From NCBI GenBank assembly GCA_964531495.1, contig CAZHDS010000002.1, positions 1 through 44,104 on the forward strand: a stretch of 44,104 nt of DNA. The letters run 5' to 3'. Shown one piece after another: positions 1 through 9,700 of this stretch. Position 1 is the first letter of the stretch. Every line of letters starts with the position of its first letter. This DNA is from an uncultured Ignavibacteriales bacterium. Its GTDB lineage: Bacteria; Zixibacteria; MSB-5A5; GN15; FEB-12. The notes beneath the pieces are model-generated. The model saw only the letters and a list, made by a program, of their open reading frames with translations, ran no database searches and had not been told where the DNA came from. The translations under genes and the position numbers were made by a program.

Positions 1-2168
1 GTGATGTCGTTGTCGTTGGCAACAGGACCGAGCGAGAAGTAACCCGTGTCGTTAGTCCGGCACGAGTCGAGGACATCGTGGGAGAGATAGTCAGAGTCTA
101 CCATCTCGATCTTGACGCCCCGCATCGGTCGCGTGATGACAGCGGGCGGACTGCTCAGGTCACTATACTCAAGGATTCCGGTATAGGTGATCTGTGCAGG
201 TTTGACCGTGATCCAACGTATCTCGGTGTTATCGTTTTCGTCAAGCTCCGAGATCAGATTGTCCTGATCAATCACCATCTCGATCTTGTGGAGGCCCTCG
301 GAAAGATCCAAAGGGTAATCCATGCTACCGTAGTGAACACCAACCTCAGCCGTTGCAACGTACCAAGAATGCTCTTCTACGTCATCGACCAGCAAGTGCA
401 CAGGTACACTATTCCAACTAATGTCACCGTCATTTGTCACTGCCCAATCGAGATAACATGTTTCTCCGGCATATACATCAGTGTCAGTGGTGGTCCCCGT
501 GCTTTGGGAAATCACCAGAGGTCCGTCATCCCACGTACCTGGTATGGGATACCAAGTGAAGTTGGGGAAAACGATTTCTGTCCCGCTGACGCTTATGTTC
601 CTAATCCAGGCACCGTCGCGTGTCACTCCCTGGGCATTATCCTTGCTGTGGAACAAGAATCGCAAGTATAAGGTACCGGGGTTATTGGGAACGTCAAAAG
701 TGATATCTTCAAAGCCTGCGTTGCTTCCCGTCCAGCCGTCTATGAACCACCAGTAGTTGCCGTTATAGGAATATTTGGCCGTTAGATAGTCGCCTTCAAC
801 GGTCTCCAGATCGTATGAGATTTCGAAGTCGATCGACAAGTCCGCATAATAGCCTTCCGTGTTAATCATGGTTGACGTCAACGTCGCCCACGCCAAGCAG
901 TCATAGTGATATCCTTCGATCATATCACCGTTCTTGGCACACCAAGCCGCATTACTGATGGTAGACGAAGGACCCCACATGTCGTAGCCGCAGTGGGACA
1001 GCTCGTCATCCCGATTCCAGCGACCGTACCAGCCCGCACCAAAGTCCTCCTGGAAGACATAGGCTCGAGAGAGTTTGCCTTCCCCCTCTTCCAGCAAACC
1101 GCTCTCACCCGAAGATGGTTTCGCGTCGGGCACCGCATTCGATTCAGATGCGTCTGGTCGCATCGAAGGATTATGCTCGAGATACATGATACCGAACCCG
1201 AGACTGCTGAGTTCGTTTATCTGGTCTCTCGTGGCCGTGAAGATCAGAAAACCCGGTTTGCTACTTGGTGATCCGGCACCCAACATCGATGTCACCATTC
1301 GATAATCGGCCGTATCACTTAGGTCGAGACAGATCTCGTGTTCGGTCCGAGCGTCAAACGCCGCCATCTTCGCCCGGACAGCCGAATCATGCAGTTTGTC
1401 GTAGTACAACGGCTCGCGGAACAGGCTGTCGCCCTGACGTCGTGACCACTTCACGCCACCTACGGTGATTCGTTCCCAGTCCGAGTCGGTTAGTGGTGTC
1501 CGCTCAAGCTCTCGCATTTTGGCAATCTGGAGCGAGTCCCGCTGTTCCGACGTCAGGCTAGAGGAAACAACTGACCCATCATCCGGAAAAGGCCGACCGT
1601 GAGGATAGGCAGGATCTTGCTGGACTCGCGGATCGGGAATCGGGAAGCCCCTGCCGTAGTTGGGCTTGTCTGGCCCCCCTCTGGGATTGCGGCGCCTCGG
1701 TTCCATTTCATCACCATTCCAAACGAAGTAACGCGCGGTCTGCTCCTTGAAACCTGACTGATTGAGGTCTGTTACTACCTTCAGCGTGTCCTGGTCTGGA
1801 ATCAGAACGGAAAAACGAAGGGCATATGTGCTGTCATCATCAGGCTCAATCGTGATAGTCTCTGTTGACAGTGTGCGTTCATAGTTCAACACCGACACCG
1901 TTACCCTCATGGTGATATCGGTAGTGTCTGCTAGTATGATGTACTTCATCGTTTCGAAGGATCGGGGAGTGACGCTCGTATCCAGCCACTTGATGAACGA
2001 GAACGTCAACTCGAACTCGGCTTCTTGGCCTCGCTGAACCTCCGACACTGGCTTAAGCCACGGGTAATTGAAGTAAGATGGCGCTCGCCCAACTGCACCA
2101 ACACTGCCAGCGATCAAAACTGCCGCAAACGACAGTAATGCCAATTTCAAAAACAGATTTCGTTTCAT
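1..2168 (-). CDS. Secreted surface protein with a CARDB-like domain and a carboxypeptidase-regulatory-like C-terminal part. The 5' end is complete and the 3' end runs off the window (at least 722 codons).
   Basis: I translated the reverse strand myself and checked every codon of this frame from 2168 down to 3 without finding a stop. The ATG at 2168-2166 is preceded by GGAGGAAGAA. The N-terminus MKRNLFLKLALLSFAAVLIAGSVGAVG is a signal peptide. The segment AGETCYLDWAVTNDGDISWNSVPVHLLVDD...GLHKIEMVIDQDNLISELDENDNT carries the CARDB signature (V.N.G ... D..N.i.E.dE.dN). The end of the window reads GVKIEMVDSDYLSHDVLDSCRTNDTGYFSLGPV, which is CarboxypepD_reg-like. The + strand ORFs listed at 78-1468 are short antisense artefacts. 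Confidence 0.8.
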   Translation of the reverse strand, partial: MKRNLFLKLALLSFAAVLIAGSVGAVGRAPSYFNYPWLKPVSEVQRGQEAEFELTFSFIKWLDTSVTPRSFETMKYIILADTTDITMRVTVSVLNYERTLSTETITIEPDDDSTYALRFSVLIPDQDTLKVVTDLNQSGFKEQTARYFVWNGDEMEPRRRNPRGGPDKPNYGRGFPIPDPRVQQDPAYPHGRPFPDDGSVVSSSLTSEQRDSLQIAKMRELERTPLTDSDWERITVGGVKWSRRQGDSLFREPLYYDKLHDSAVRAKMAAFDARTEHEICLDLSDTADYRMVTSMLGAGSPSSKPGFLIFTATRDQINELSSLGFGIMYLEHNPSMRPDASESNAVPDAKPSSGESGLLEEGEGKLSRAYVFQEDFGAGWYGRWNRDDELSHCGYDMWGPSSTISNAAWCAKNGDMIEGYHYDCLAWATLTSTMINTEGYYADLSIDFEISYDLETVEGDYLTAKYSYNGNYWWFIDGWTGSNAGFEDITFDVPNNPGTLYLRFLFHSKDNAQGVTRDGAWIRNISVSGTEIVFPNFTWYPIPGTWDDGPLVISQSTGTTTDTDVYAGETCYLDWAVTNDGDISWNSVPVHLLVDDVEEHSWYVATAEVGVHYGSMDYPLDLSEGLHKIEMVIDQDNLISELDENDNTEIRWITVKPAQITYTGILEYSDLSSPPAVITRPMRGVKIEMVDSDYLSHDVLDSCRTNDTGYFSLGPVANDNDI

Positions 2169-2296
2169 TTCTTCCTCCGATGAAATGTCATATATCCATT
2201 TGTCTTGAAAACCTGATTCAACAACAGCCTCACCTCCTTTCCGATTCGCTTCTATTATGTATACCCCAATAACTCTGCAATCTTCCCTACGACGGT

Positions 2297-2327
2297 GTCG
2301 GGTTTCTCGCTTCGTTCGGAACCCGAC
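2297..2327. repeat. GC-rich hairpin element (8-bp stem GTCGGGTT / AACCCGAC, 15-nt loop)
   Basis: The inverted repeat is read directly from the sequence. It lies in the 582-bp non-coding gap. Confidence 0.6.
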
Positions 2328-2375
2328 CTACAACAACCTGACTACACTTTTCGCCCCAAAACCGATAAGACTGGG

Positions 2376-2393
2376 TTCCTGCTTTCGCAGGAA
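2376..2393. repeat. REP-like hairpin, family copy 1 (TTCCTGC-tttc-GCAGGAA followed by TGAC)
   Basis: The scaffold is the same as at 12003-12022 (gg.TTCC.GC-N4-GC.GGAAtgac), with a compensatory C:G to T:A stem change. Confidence 0.65.
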
Positions 2394-2459
2394 TGACATG
2401 TGGGGCGATGGATTCAGCACCACTCCAGAGACCGATCTACATCAACTGCCACCCTTCGA

Positions 2460-2508
2460 CCCTTCGTCGAGCTCAGGACTGGCTCCGCTCAGGGTGACCT
2501 ACGAAGGG
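2460..2508. repeat. Long hairpin (CCCTTCGT ... ACGAAGGG) enclosing a direct GCTCAGG repeat
   Basis: An 8-bp stem closes a 33-nt interior. GCTCAGG occurs at both 2471-2477 and 2487-2493. Confidence 0.5.
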
Positions 2509-2750
2509 CGGGCCACCAGCGGACCTGCAGCCCTATCACATTCTACAGAGATAAGACGATCCTATCAAGTCATATGTGCAAGCATCACATTTCAGGACTT
2601 CTGCCGCAGAACCCTTGTGCTCTCGTCATAGTGACTAGCCGAGATCACAAGAATGCTGCTGCCGTCCCGTCTGTCGTGGAGCTGCTCAAGTCATCCACAG
2701 ATTCGTCGTCTTTGATTGAAAGCGAAACCGTCAATCCGAAAACATCGGTA

Positions 2751-4886
2751 CTACGGTTGGGCGCGCATGGAGAGAGAAATACGTTTCCGGTCGAGGTCGA
2801 TTTCTAGCACCGTCACGTTGACTTTCTGCTGCACCTTGACAATCTCGGAAGGGTCCTTCACGAACCGGTCCGCCAACTGGCTGATATGCACCAGACCGTC
2901 CTGGTGCACGCCAATATCCACAAAGGCACCGAAAGCAGCGACGTTGGTCACTATGCCCGGCAAGCTCATGCCAACCTTGAGATCATTCACAGAATTGACC
3001 GCGTCGTCGAACTTGAATGACTCGTACTGCTCTCGGGGGTCGCGCCCCGGCTTGGCCAGTTCGTCCATGATATCCTGCAGCGTCGGAAGTCCAACCTGGT
3101 CGGTCACATAGTCACGCAACTTGATCTTGTTGCGCAATTGATCATCCTGCATGAGCTGACCGATAGTGCAACCGAGATCAGCCGCCATTCGGGAGACAAC
3201 TTGATAACTTTCCGGATGCACGGCGCTACGATCCAAAGGATCATCGGCGTCCGCGATTCGCAGGAAACCCGCCGCCTGCTCAAACGCTTTGGGGCCGAGG
3301 CGGGTTACTTTGCTCAGCTCCTTGCGCGACTTGAAGGGACCATGCTCGTTACGATGCCCAATGATGTTCTGAGCCAGGCTGGGCCCCAGCCCCGACACAT
3401 AGGTCAGAAGCTGTTTGCTGGCGGTGTTGATCTCCACCCCCACGGCATTGACACAACTCATGACAGTATCGTCCAGACCCTGCCGTAACAACGGTTGATC
3501 GACATCATGCTGATATTGACCGACACCGATTGATTTCGGATCGATCTTGATCAGCTCAGCCAGAGGATCCATCAGGCGGCGACCGATTGAGACCGCCCCG
3601 CGAATGGTGATATCCTGATCCGGGAATTCCTCGCGAGCGGCCTCGCTGGCCGAGTATACGCTGGCGCCGGATTCGTTGACCATCTCAATCTGGACGTGCT
3701 CGGGCAAATCCAGCCCGCTGACGAAAGCTTGCGTCTCTCTCCCGGCCGTGCCGTTGCCGATGGCAATGACATTGATTCTGAATTTGTCCACCAGAGCCTT
3801 GATGCGTTGCGCGGCATCATCGCGCTCCCTGTCGCTGGTGTGCGGCTGAACCGTGACCGTGTGCTGCAATTTCCCTTGCCGATCCAGACAAACGACCTTA
3901 CAGCCGGTTCGCCAACCAGGGTCGATAGCCATGATCCGTTTGCGGCCCATCGGCGGCGACATAAGTAGTTCACGAATATTCTCAGCGAAAACCCGAATCG
4001 CTTCCTCATCGGCAGCCTTCTTGGACTCAATCCGGAGCTCCGTCTCCATTGACGGTGCCAGAAGCCGTTTGTAGCTATCGGCGACAGCTTCGCGCACCTG
4101 GCTTGAGGCGGCGTTATCGCTGATCACGAAAATCGACTCCAGGAGATCAACCGCTGCCTCCGGTGGCGGCACCGCGCGCAGGCTGAGGACGCCTTCGTTC
4201 TCACCACGGCGCATGGCCAGCACCCGATGAGAAGGAGCGCCCTTCACTGGCTCCTCCCAATCGAAGTAGTCAGAAAACTTCGCGCCCTCTTGTTCCTTGC
4301 CTGAAATCATTCGGGATCGGAAGACAGCCTCGCTGAAAAATAGCTTTCGCATCCGCGCCCGCGCTCCGGCATCCTCGCTGACCCATTCCGCCACGATATC
4401 GCGCGCGCCGGCCAGTGCCTCCTCGACTGTGGATACACCCTTCTCCTCATCTATGTATAGCTCCGCCTCTTCCAGCGGATCGATGTTGTCCTGCGCAAAC
4501 AGCAGCTCTGCCAATGGCTCCAAGCCCCGCTCCCGCGCCATCGTCGCTTTGGTCCGACGCTTCGGCTTGAACGGCAAATAGACGTCCTCCAAAACCGCCA
4601 TCGTCTCGGCCGCTTCGAGTTTGGCCCGCAAGTCATCGGTCAGCAACTCCCGCTTGATCAATGACTCGATGATAGCGTCGCGGCGCTTGTCAAGCTCGCG
4701 AAGTTGCCCGATTCGATCACGGATGCTCGCAATAGCTACTTCATCGAGGCAGCCGGTGACTTCCTTGCGATAGCGAGCTATGAACGGCACCGTGGCGTCA
4801 TCATCCAGTAGCCGGATCGTAGCCTCAACTTGGGGGGAGGATACCGCCAGCTCGCGGCCTATCTTCTCAACATGTATCGTACTCAC
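2751..4886 (-). CDS. tex: Tex-like transcription accessory protein (YhgF family; S1 RNA-binding domain at the C-terminus)
   Basis: This is the track ORF 2751..4982. 'IRLLDDDATVPFIARYRKEVTG' is the Tex N-terminal signature, and the C-terminal 'GIVTNVAAFGAFVDIGVHQDGLVHISQLADRFV' is an S1 domain. I place the start at GTG 4886 (AGAGGA lies 6 nt upstream; 711 aa). The 32 codons up to ATG 4982 have no counterpart in Tex proteins. Confidence 0.9.
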   Translation of the reverse strand: MSTIHVEKIGRELAVSSPQVEATIRLLDDDATVPFIARYRKEVTGCLDEVAIASIRDRIGQLRELDKRRDAIIESLIKRELLTDDLRAKLEAAETMAVLEDVYLPFKPKRRTKATMARERGLEPLAELLFAQDNIDPLEEAELYIDEEKGVSTVEEALAGARDIVAEWVSEDAGARARMRKLFFSEAVFRSRMISGKEQEGAKFSDYFDWEEPVKGAPSHRVLAMRRGENEGVLSLRAVPPPEAAVDLLESIFVISDNAASSQVREAVADSYKRLLAPSMETELRIESKKAADEEAIRVFAENIRELLMSPPMGRKRIMAIDPGWRTGCKVVCLDRQGKLQHTVTVQPHTSDRERDDAAQRIKALVDKFRINVIAIGNGTAGRETQAFVSGLDLPEHVQIEMVNESGASVYSASEAAREEFPDQDITIRGAVSIGRRLMDPLAELIKIDPKSIGVGQYQHDVDQPLLRQGLDDTVMSCVNAVGVEINTASKQLLTYVSGLGPSLAQNIIGHRNEHGPFKSRKELSKVTRLGPKAFEQAAGFLRIADADDPLDRSAVHPESYQVVSRMAADLGCTIGQLMQDDQLRNKIKLRDYVTDQVGLPTLQDIMDELAKPGRDPREQYESFKFDDAVNSVNDLKVGMSLPGIVTNVAAFGAFVDIGVHQDGLVHISQLADRFVKDPSEIVKVQQKVNVTVLEIDLDRKRISLSMRAQP

Positions 4887-5107
4887 TGAATTCCTCTGTT
4901 GGATCAACCTGTGGACTGACCCAAGATAGCAAAAATATGGCTCCAACGAAAGCGGAAAGCCCTGGGCAGGGATAGGGTACATCCGCCATCAGACGACCCG
5001 CGAAACTGGCAGTGTTCGCAAAAAAGATCTTGCCTTCGGGAACAACTTCCCCGATATAGAGTAATAGTTGCATACGATACTGTTCCACATGAAACTAAGG
5101 ATCTTCA

Positions 5108-5569
5108 ATGTCCAAAGATAGAGACGGGTCTGGCCAGATTATGGGCCGTCTAATGGGTCTGGCTGGTCAGGTCATGATTAACCGACTCGCCCACAATCTG
5201 TCTGAGGCGGGGTTTGATCTGTCTGCCGAGCAGGGAATTCTCCTGAAGCATATCGACGCCAACGAGGGACTCAATCAGAGAGCCTTGACCGACTGGATGT
5301 TTCGGCAGAAAGCTTATATGACCAGGCTACTTGACTCGCTGGAGAACAAAGGGGTCGTGGTCAGGGTTGTAGACAAGACTGATCGACGGCAGAATATGAT
5401 CTACTTGACCCCCAAGGGGAAAGAGCAAGTGGCGGAGTTGACGAGAATTGGCCGTATGACCGAAAAGCAGGCCACACACGGGATCGCGGCCGAACGAGTG
5501 GCCATCTGCAAAGAAGTCCTGGTACAGGTACGCAGGAACTTGACCGCAGCTACGAAATCCATCGATTAG
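5108..5569 (+). CDS. MarR-family transcriptional regulator
   Basis: The 153-aa protein has a winged-HTH core 'LSAEQGILLKHIDANEGLNQRALTDWMFRQKAYMTRLLDSLENKGVVVRVVDKTDRRQNMIYLTPKG', matching the MarR pattern D..DRR...i.LT..G. AAGGA lies 8 nt upstream of the ATG. The gene sits directly upstream of an efflux operon. Confidence 0.88.
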   Translation: MSKDRDGSGQIMGRLMGLAGQVMINRLAHNLSEAGFDLSAEQGILLKHIDANEGLNQRALTDWMFRQKAYMTRLLDSLENKGVVVRVVDKTDRRQNMIYLTPKGKEQVAELTRIGRMTEKQATHGIAAERVAICKEVLVQVRRNLTAATKSID

Positions 5570-5648
5570 AAGGTATCATGTGAAACCGTTTCAACTCATA
5601 CGGCTTCCCAAATAGAATGAATATCATCTCAAAGGCCTGAGGAATAGA

Positions 5649-6791
5649 ATGAACAAAGCTACCAAGATAATCCTTCCTGTCGCGGTCGTAGCAGTTGCCG
5701 CCCTGATCATGTTTGGTCTTCTGAGTCTTCGCAAGGATCCACCAAAACGGCCGCCCGAAAGCCGAGCCAAGATCGTTGAAACAGTCACGGTTGAACTGCA
5801 CGAGGTGCCCTCCACAATCACCGCCTATGGACGTGTGACCAGCTCTGATCCCATCGTGCTCTATGCCGAGGCGACGGGTACCCTGGAACCCGGTGACCTG
5901 CCGTTCAAACCAGCCCAGACCTTCCGCAAGGGTGACCTGCTGGTGAAGATCGATGACCGTCAGACCCGGCTCAACCTGAACACCACCAAGAGCGACTTGA
6001 TGACTGCCCTCGCGAGAGTCTTGCCAGAAATCAAAGCCGACTTCCCGGATGAGTATCCTGTCTGGCAGACCTATTTTGACGATCTCGATTTCGACTCTGG
6101 CCTGGCTCCTCTTCCAGAGACCGTGGACTCACGCGTGAAGATGTATCTCTCCCGCTTCAACATCTACAAACTCTACTTCACGATTCTTGATTTTGAGATC
6201 TCGCTCGATAAGCACTCCATCCGGGCCCCGTTCGATGGGTCTATTGTATCGACCGCATTGCGAACCGGATCAACGGCTAACAAAGGCACCCGCCTGGCGG
6301 AGATCATCAGTTTGGAAGACATGGAAGTCGCGGCTCAGGTAGCCGCCGAGGACCTCGTCTGGATCGATAAGGGGCAAGCGATCAGGCTGACATCGACCGA
6401 GAGCGGCGGCAGTTGGACCGGACGCATCGTGCGGGTAGGTAGTAACATTGACTCCCGCACGCAGACGGTGGACGTACATATCGCGGTCGCTGCTTCCGAG
6501 TCGCAACCGTTGCTGAGCGGTGCCTTCCTGCAAGCCCACATCCCGGGCAAGACTATTGCCAACGCTTTCCCGGTTCCGCCTCGGGCCGTGTATGAAGACC
6601 GCTTCGTCTATGTGATCGTGGATGGCCTTCTGCAGCGGCGCGAAGTCGTGGTCGAACGACGTGAACGGGAGGCCGTTATTGTCAGCAGTGGCCTGAGTAG
6701 CGGCGATATTCTCGTCTCCGAGATCATGCAGGGCGTCGAACCGGGCATGCCGGCTACGTCTCAGGCGTCCGTCGCGGTGGAGGAACAATAA
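5649..6791 (+). CDS. RND efflux periplasmic adaptor (membrane fusion protein, HlyD family)
   Basis: The 380-aa protein has a single N-terminal TM segment (ILPVAVVAVAALIMFGLLSL) followed by a soluble beta-rich body. GAGGAA lies upstream of the ATG. Its stop overlaps the RND pump start (TAATG). Confidence 0.88.
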   Translation: MNKATKIILPVAVVAVAALIMFGLLSLRKDPPKRPPESRAKIVETVTVELHEVPSTITAYGRVTSSDPIVLYAEATGTLEPGDLPFKPAQTFRKGDLLVKIDDRQTRLNLNTTKSDLMTALARVLPEIKADFPDEYPVWQTYFDDLDFDSGLAPLPETVDSRVKMYLSRFNIYKLYFTILDFEISLDKHSIRAPFDGSIVSTALRTGSTANKGTRLAEIISLEDMEVAAQVAAEDLVWIDKGQAIRLTSTESGGSWTGRIVRVGSNIDSRTQTVDVHIAVAASESQPLLSGAFLQAHIPGKTIANAFPVPPRAVYEDRFVYVIVDGLLQRREVVVERREREAVIVSSGLSSGDILVSEIMQGVEPGMPATSQASVAVEEQ

Positions 6792-9700
6792 TGAAGCGAG
6801 TAATCAGCTTCTTCATCCGATACCCGGTCTGGGTTTCGGTCCTGATGTTTAGCGTGATCATTTTCGGCCTGATCGCGTTCGCACAGCTACGGTTTTCCTT
6901 CTTCCCGGAGCAGGAACCAAACTCGATCATTGTCGAAGTAACCTATCCGGGCGCCTCGCCGACAGAAATCGAAGAAGGGGTGGTGCTCAAGATCGAGGAA
7001 AACTTGGATGGACTCCAGGGAATCGAGCGAGCTACCTCCGTATCGAGAGAAAACTCCGCCACGGTGACGATTGAAACCGTCTTCGGTGCCGACGTTGACA
7101 AAGTCCTGGCCGATGTCAAGAACGCCGTTGATCGCATCAACTCTTTCCCCATCGATGCCGAAAAACCGGTCATCTACGAGAGGAAATTCCGCAGCCGAGC
7201 CCAGGTCATCGGACTTCACGGCGATGTCGATCGATACACGCTCAAATACCTCGCCGAGGAACTGCGCGATGATCTGCTGGCCTCCGATGAAGTATCCCAG
7301 GTAACGATCTCGGGCATACCGACTCTGGAGTTTTCCATTGAAATTACCGAGGCAGACCTGCGGCGTTATGAACTGACCTTCAATGAGGTCCGGACTGCGG
7401 TGGCCGGGGCCAATCTGAACTTGTCCGGTGGCAAGTTCGACACCGACGACGAAGAGATACTGATCCGGGCCTGGGGGCGTGGTTATCACGCCGAAGACCT
7501 GCTCAATATCCCTGTACGGGGAAGCGCCAATGGTACCGTCGTCCTGCTGCGAGACATTGCCGAGGTGCATGAACAGTGGGCTGACAGTCCGGTCAAGACC
7601 TATTTCAACGGACGCTTTGCGGTCCTGATCCAAATATCCCAGGCGGCCGACGAGGATATCTTGAAGATCGTGGCTCAGGCCGACCAGGTCATCGCCAGCT
7701 TCAACGACCGGCACGCCAATGTCCAAGCTGCTACTGTCGTCGATATGACCGTTCCGCTTCGACAGCGCATCGAATTGCTCACCAGGAATGGCATCATCGG
7801 GCTAATCCTGGTCCTTATCTGTCTAGGTTTCTTCCTCAATCTGCGTTTGTCGTTCTGGGTGGCGGTTAGTATTCCCTTTTCGTTCGCCGGTATGTTCATA
7901 GTCGGACACTACGCCGGTATCACCGTCAACGTGCTTTCGCTAGCCGGAATGATCATCGTCGTCGGCATTCTCGTTGACGACGCCATTGTCGTCGGGGAGA
8001 ATATTTTCGCCCACTATGAACGAGGCAAGAACGCCTTGGAAGCAGCCATCGACGGGACCCTGGAAGTCGTCGGTCCTGTATTCACTTCGGTCATGACAAC
8101 CATTATCGTCTTCGCGACCTTCTTCTTCATGGAGGGTGGCCTCGGTCAGATGATGTGGCAAATGGGTCTGGTCGTGATGGCATCATTAGGCTTCTCCATT
8201 ATTGAAGCGTTTGTAATTCTGCCCGCGCATCTGGCTCATTCTAAGGGTTTGGACAGCAACAAGGCTCCCTCGGCCATGCGCCAGCGAACAGAAGGATGGA
8301 TTCATAAGTTCACTCACAAAGTTTATGGCCCGGCTCTGCGCGCGGCCCTGCGGAATAAGTGGATTGTCGTAATGACTCCGATCGCGGCAATCATGATAAC
8401 CGTTGGGCTTCTAGGTGGCGGTTTGATCGGACTGACCTTCTTCCCCAATGTCGATGGTGACCAGATCCCGATCAATCTGACTCTGGTAGCCGGACGCCAG
8501 GAAGCAGATACTGACTCGCTGCTGGCCCGAATCGAAGCTGTCTGTTGGCAGGTGAACGAGGAGATCAAGGAAGAACGGGGCGATGGCGTCAACGTCATAG
8601 AGGATATTCAGCGCCAGATCGGATCAAACGATTTTGGCGAAAGCGGTAGTCATACCGGCAATCTGGAACTCCAGCTAGTCGATGGAGAGACACGCGGGAC
8701 AGAGAGCTACGTGATAGTCAACAGACTGCGCGAGGCGGTTGGACCAATCCCGGAAGCCCAGAATCTCACTTTCGGATCCGCTGGACGATTCGGAAAGGCG
8801 GTTTCGGTGAGTCTTCTGGGTAACGACATTGACCAACTCGAAAAAGCGACCAATCTGCTAAAAGAGGAACTGCGTAGTTTCGCCTCTTTGCAGGATGTCA
8901 CCGATACCAACCGTAAGGGGCGCCGCGAGATCGACATAACACTCAAGCCGCGCGCCCACTCTCTCGGGATGACCTTGCAGGATATTGTCGGGCAAGTCCG
9001 TCAGGGTTTCCACGGTCAAGAGATTCAGCGCATCCAGCGCGGCCGGGATGAGATCCGGGTCTGGGTTCGTTTCACCCCGGAAGACCGAGCCGCTCTCGGT
9101 CAACTGGATCAGATGCGAATACGCTCTCGGGATGGAGCTGAGTATCCCTTTGCCGAACTGGCTCAATACTCTATCAAGCGTGGCATCACTCAGATAAACC
9201 ACCTCAACCGCAAACGCGAAATCAAAGTTGAGGCCAATCTGGTCGATGTTCACGAAGATCTGCCGCCCATAATCGCCGAAATCCAGGAAGCGGTGATCCC
9301 GCGTGTCATGAGCCAGGTGCAGGGCGTGACGGTGTCGTTCGAGGGGCAATCACGCGAGGAAGGCCGCATGAAGAACTCCATGCTGATGGCCTTCGCGGTA
9401 GCCTTGATGGCCATGTTCATTCTGATCGTCCTAGTGTTTCGCTCGTACGCCCAGGCCGGACTGGTGCTCTCGCTAATTCCGATCGGCATCATTGGTGCTA
9501 TCTGGGGGCACGGCATTCAAGGTATTCAGATCAGCATGCTCTCGGCGATGGGTTTGATGGCTCTGTCGGGGATTATCATCAACGATAGTATCGTTTTCGT
9601 CGATCAGATCAATCGCTTCCTGCGCCAGGGGCAGAAAGTCGAGGAGGCCGTTTACAACTCCGGTCTCAGCCGTCTACGACCGATCCTCCTGACTACTCTT

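Noticed and set aside
78-1468. Several 67-197-aa ORFs on the + strand at the left edge of the window.
   Set aside because: A single uninterrupted minus-strand frame (3..2168) with a signal peptide, a Shine-Dalgarno and a CARDB motif explains this region. The + strand ORFs are antisense noise.
2169-2750. A possible structured RNA gene (tmRNA, RNase P, SRP, 6S or tRNA) in the 582-bp gap.
   Set aside because: I checked both strands by eye for hallmark motifs: a tRNA-like acceptor/T-arm ending in CCA, the RNase P P4 GAGGAAAGUCC motif, a tmRNA tag ORF and the SRP GNAR tetraloop helix. I found none. Only covariance-model searches could settle this.
2257-3111. ORFs 2257..2631, 2400..2807 and 2716..3111 (+), which could be read as genes filling the large gap.
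   Set aside because: Their sequences are translations of the hairpin repeats (for example ...LRPFVELRTGSAQGD...) or are antisense to the tex 3' end. None has a Shine-Dalgarno or a protein-like composition.
4887-4982. A 32-codon N-terminal extension of tex, up to ATG 4982.
   Set aside because: It has no similarity to Tex N-termini. GTG 4886 has an AGAGGA site at good spacing. I have kept this as an alternative start, not a firm exclusion.
6887-7726. A 279-aa ORF on the - strand inside the RND pump gene.
   Set aside because: It is antisense to a gene with unambiguous AcrB-family motifs, and it has no motif or ribosome-binding site of its own.
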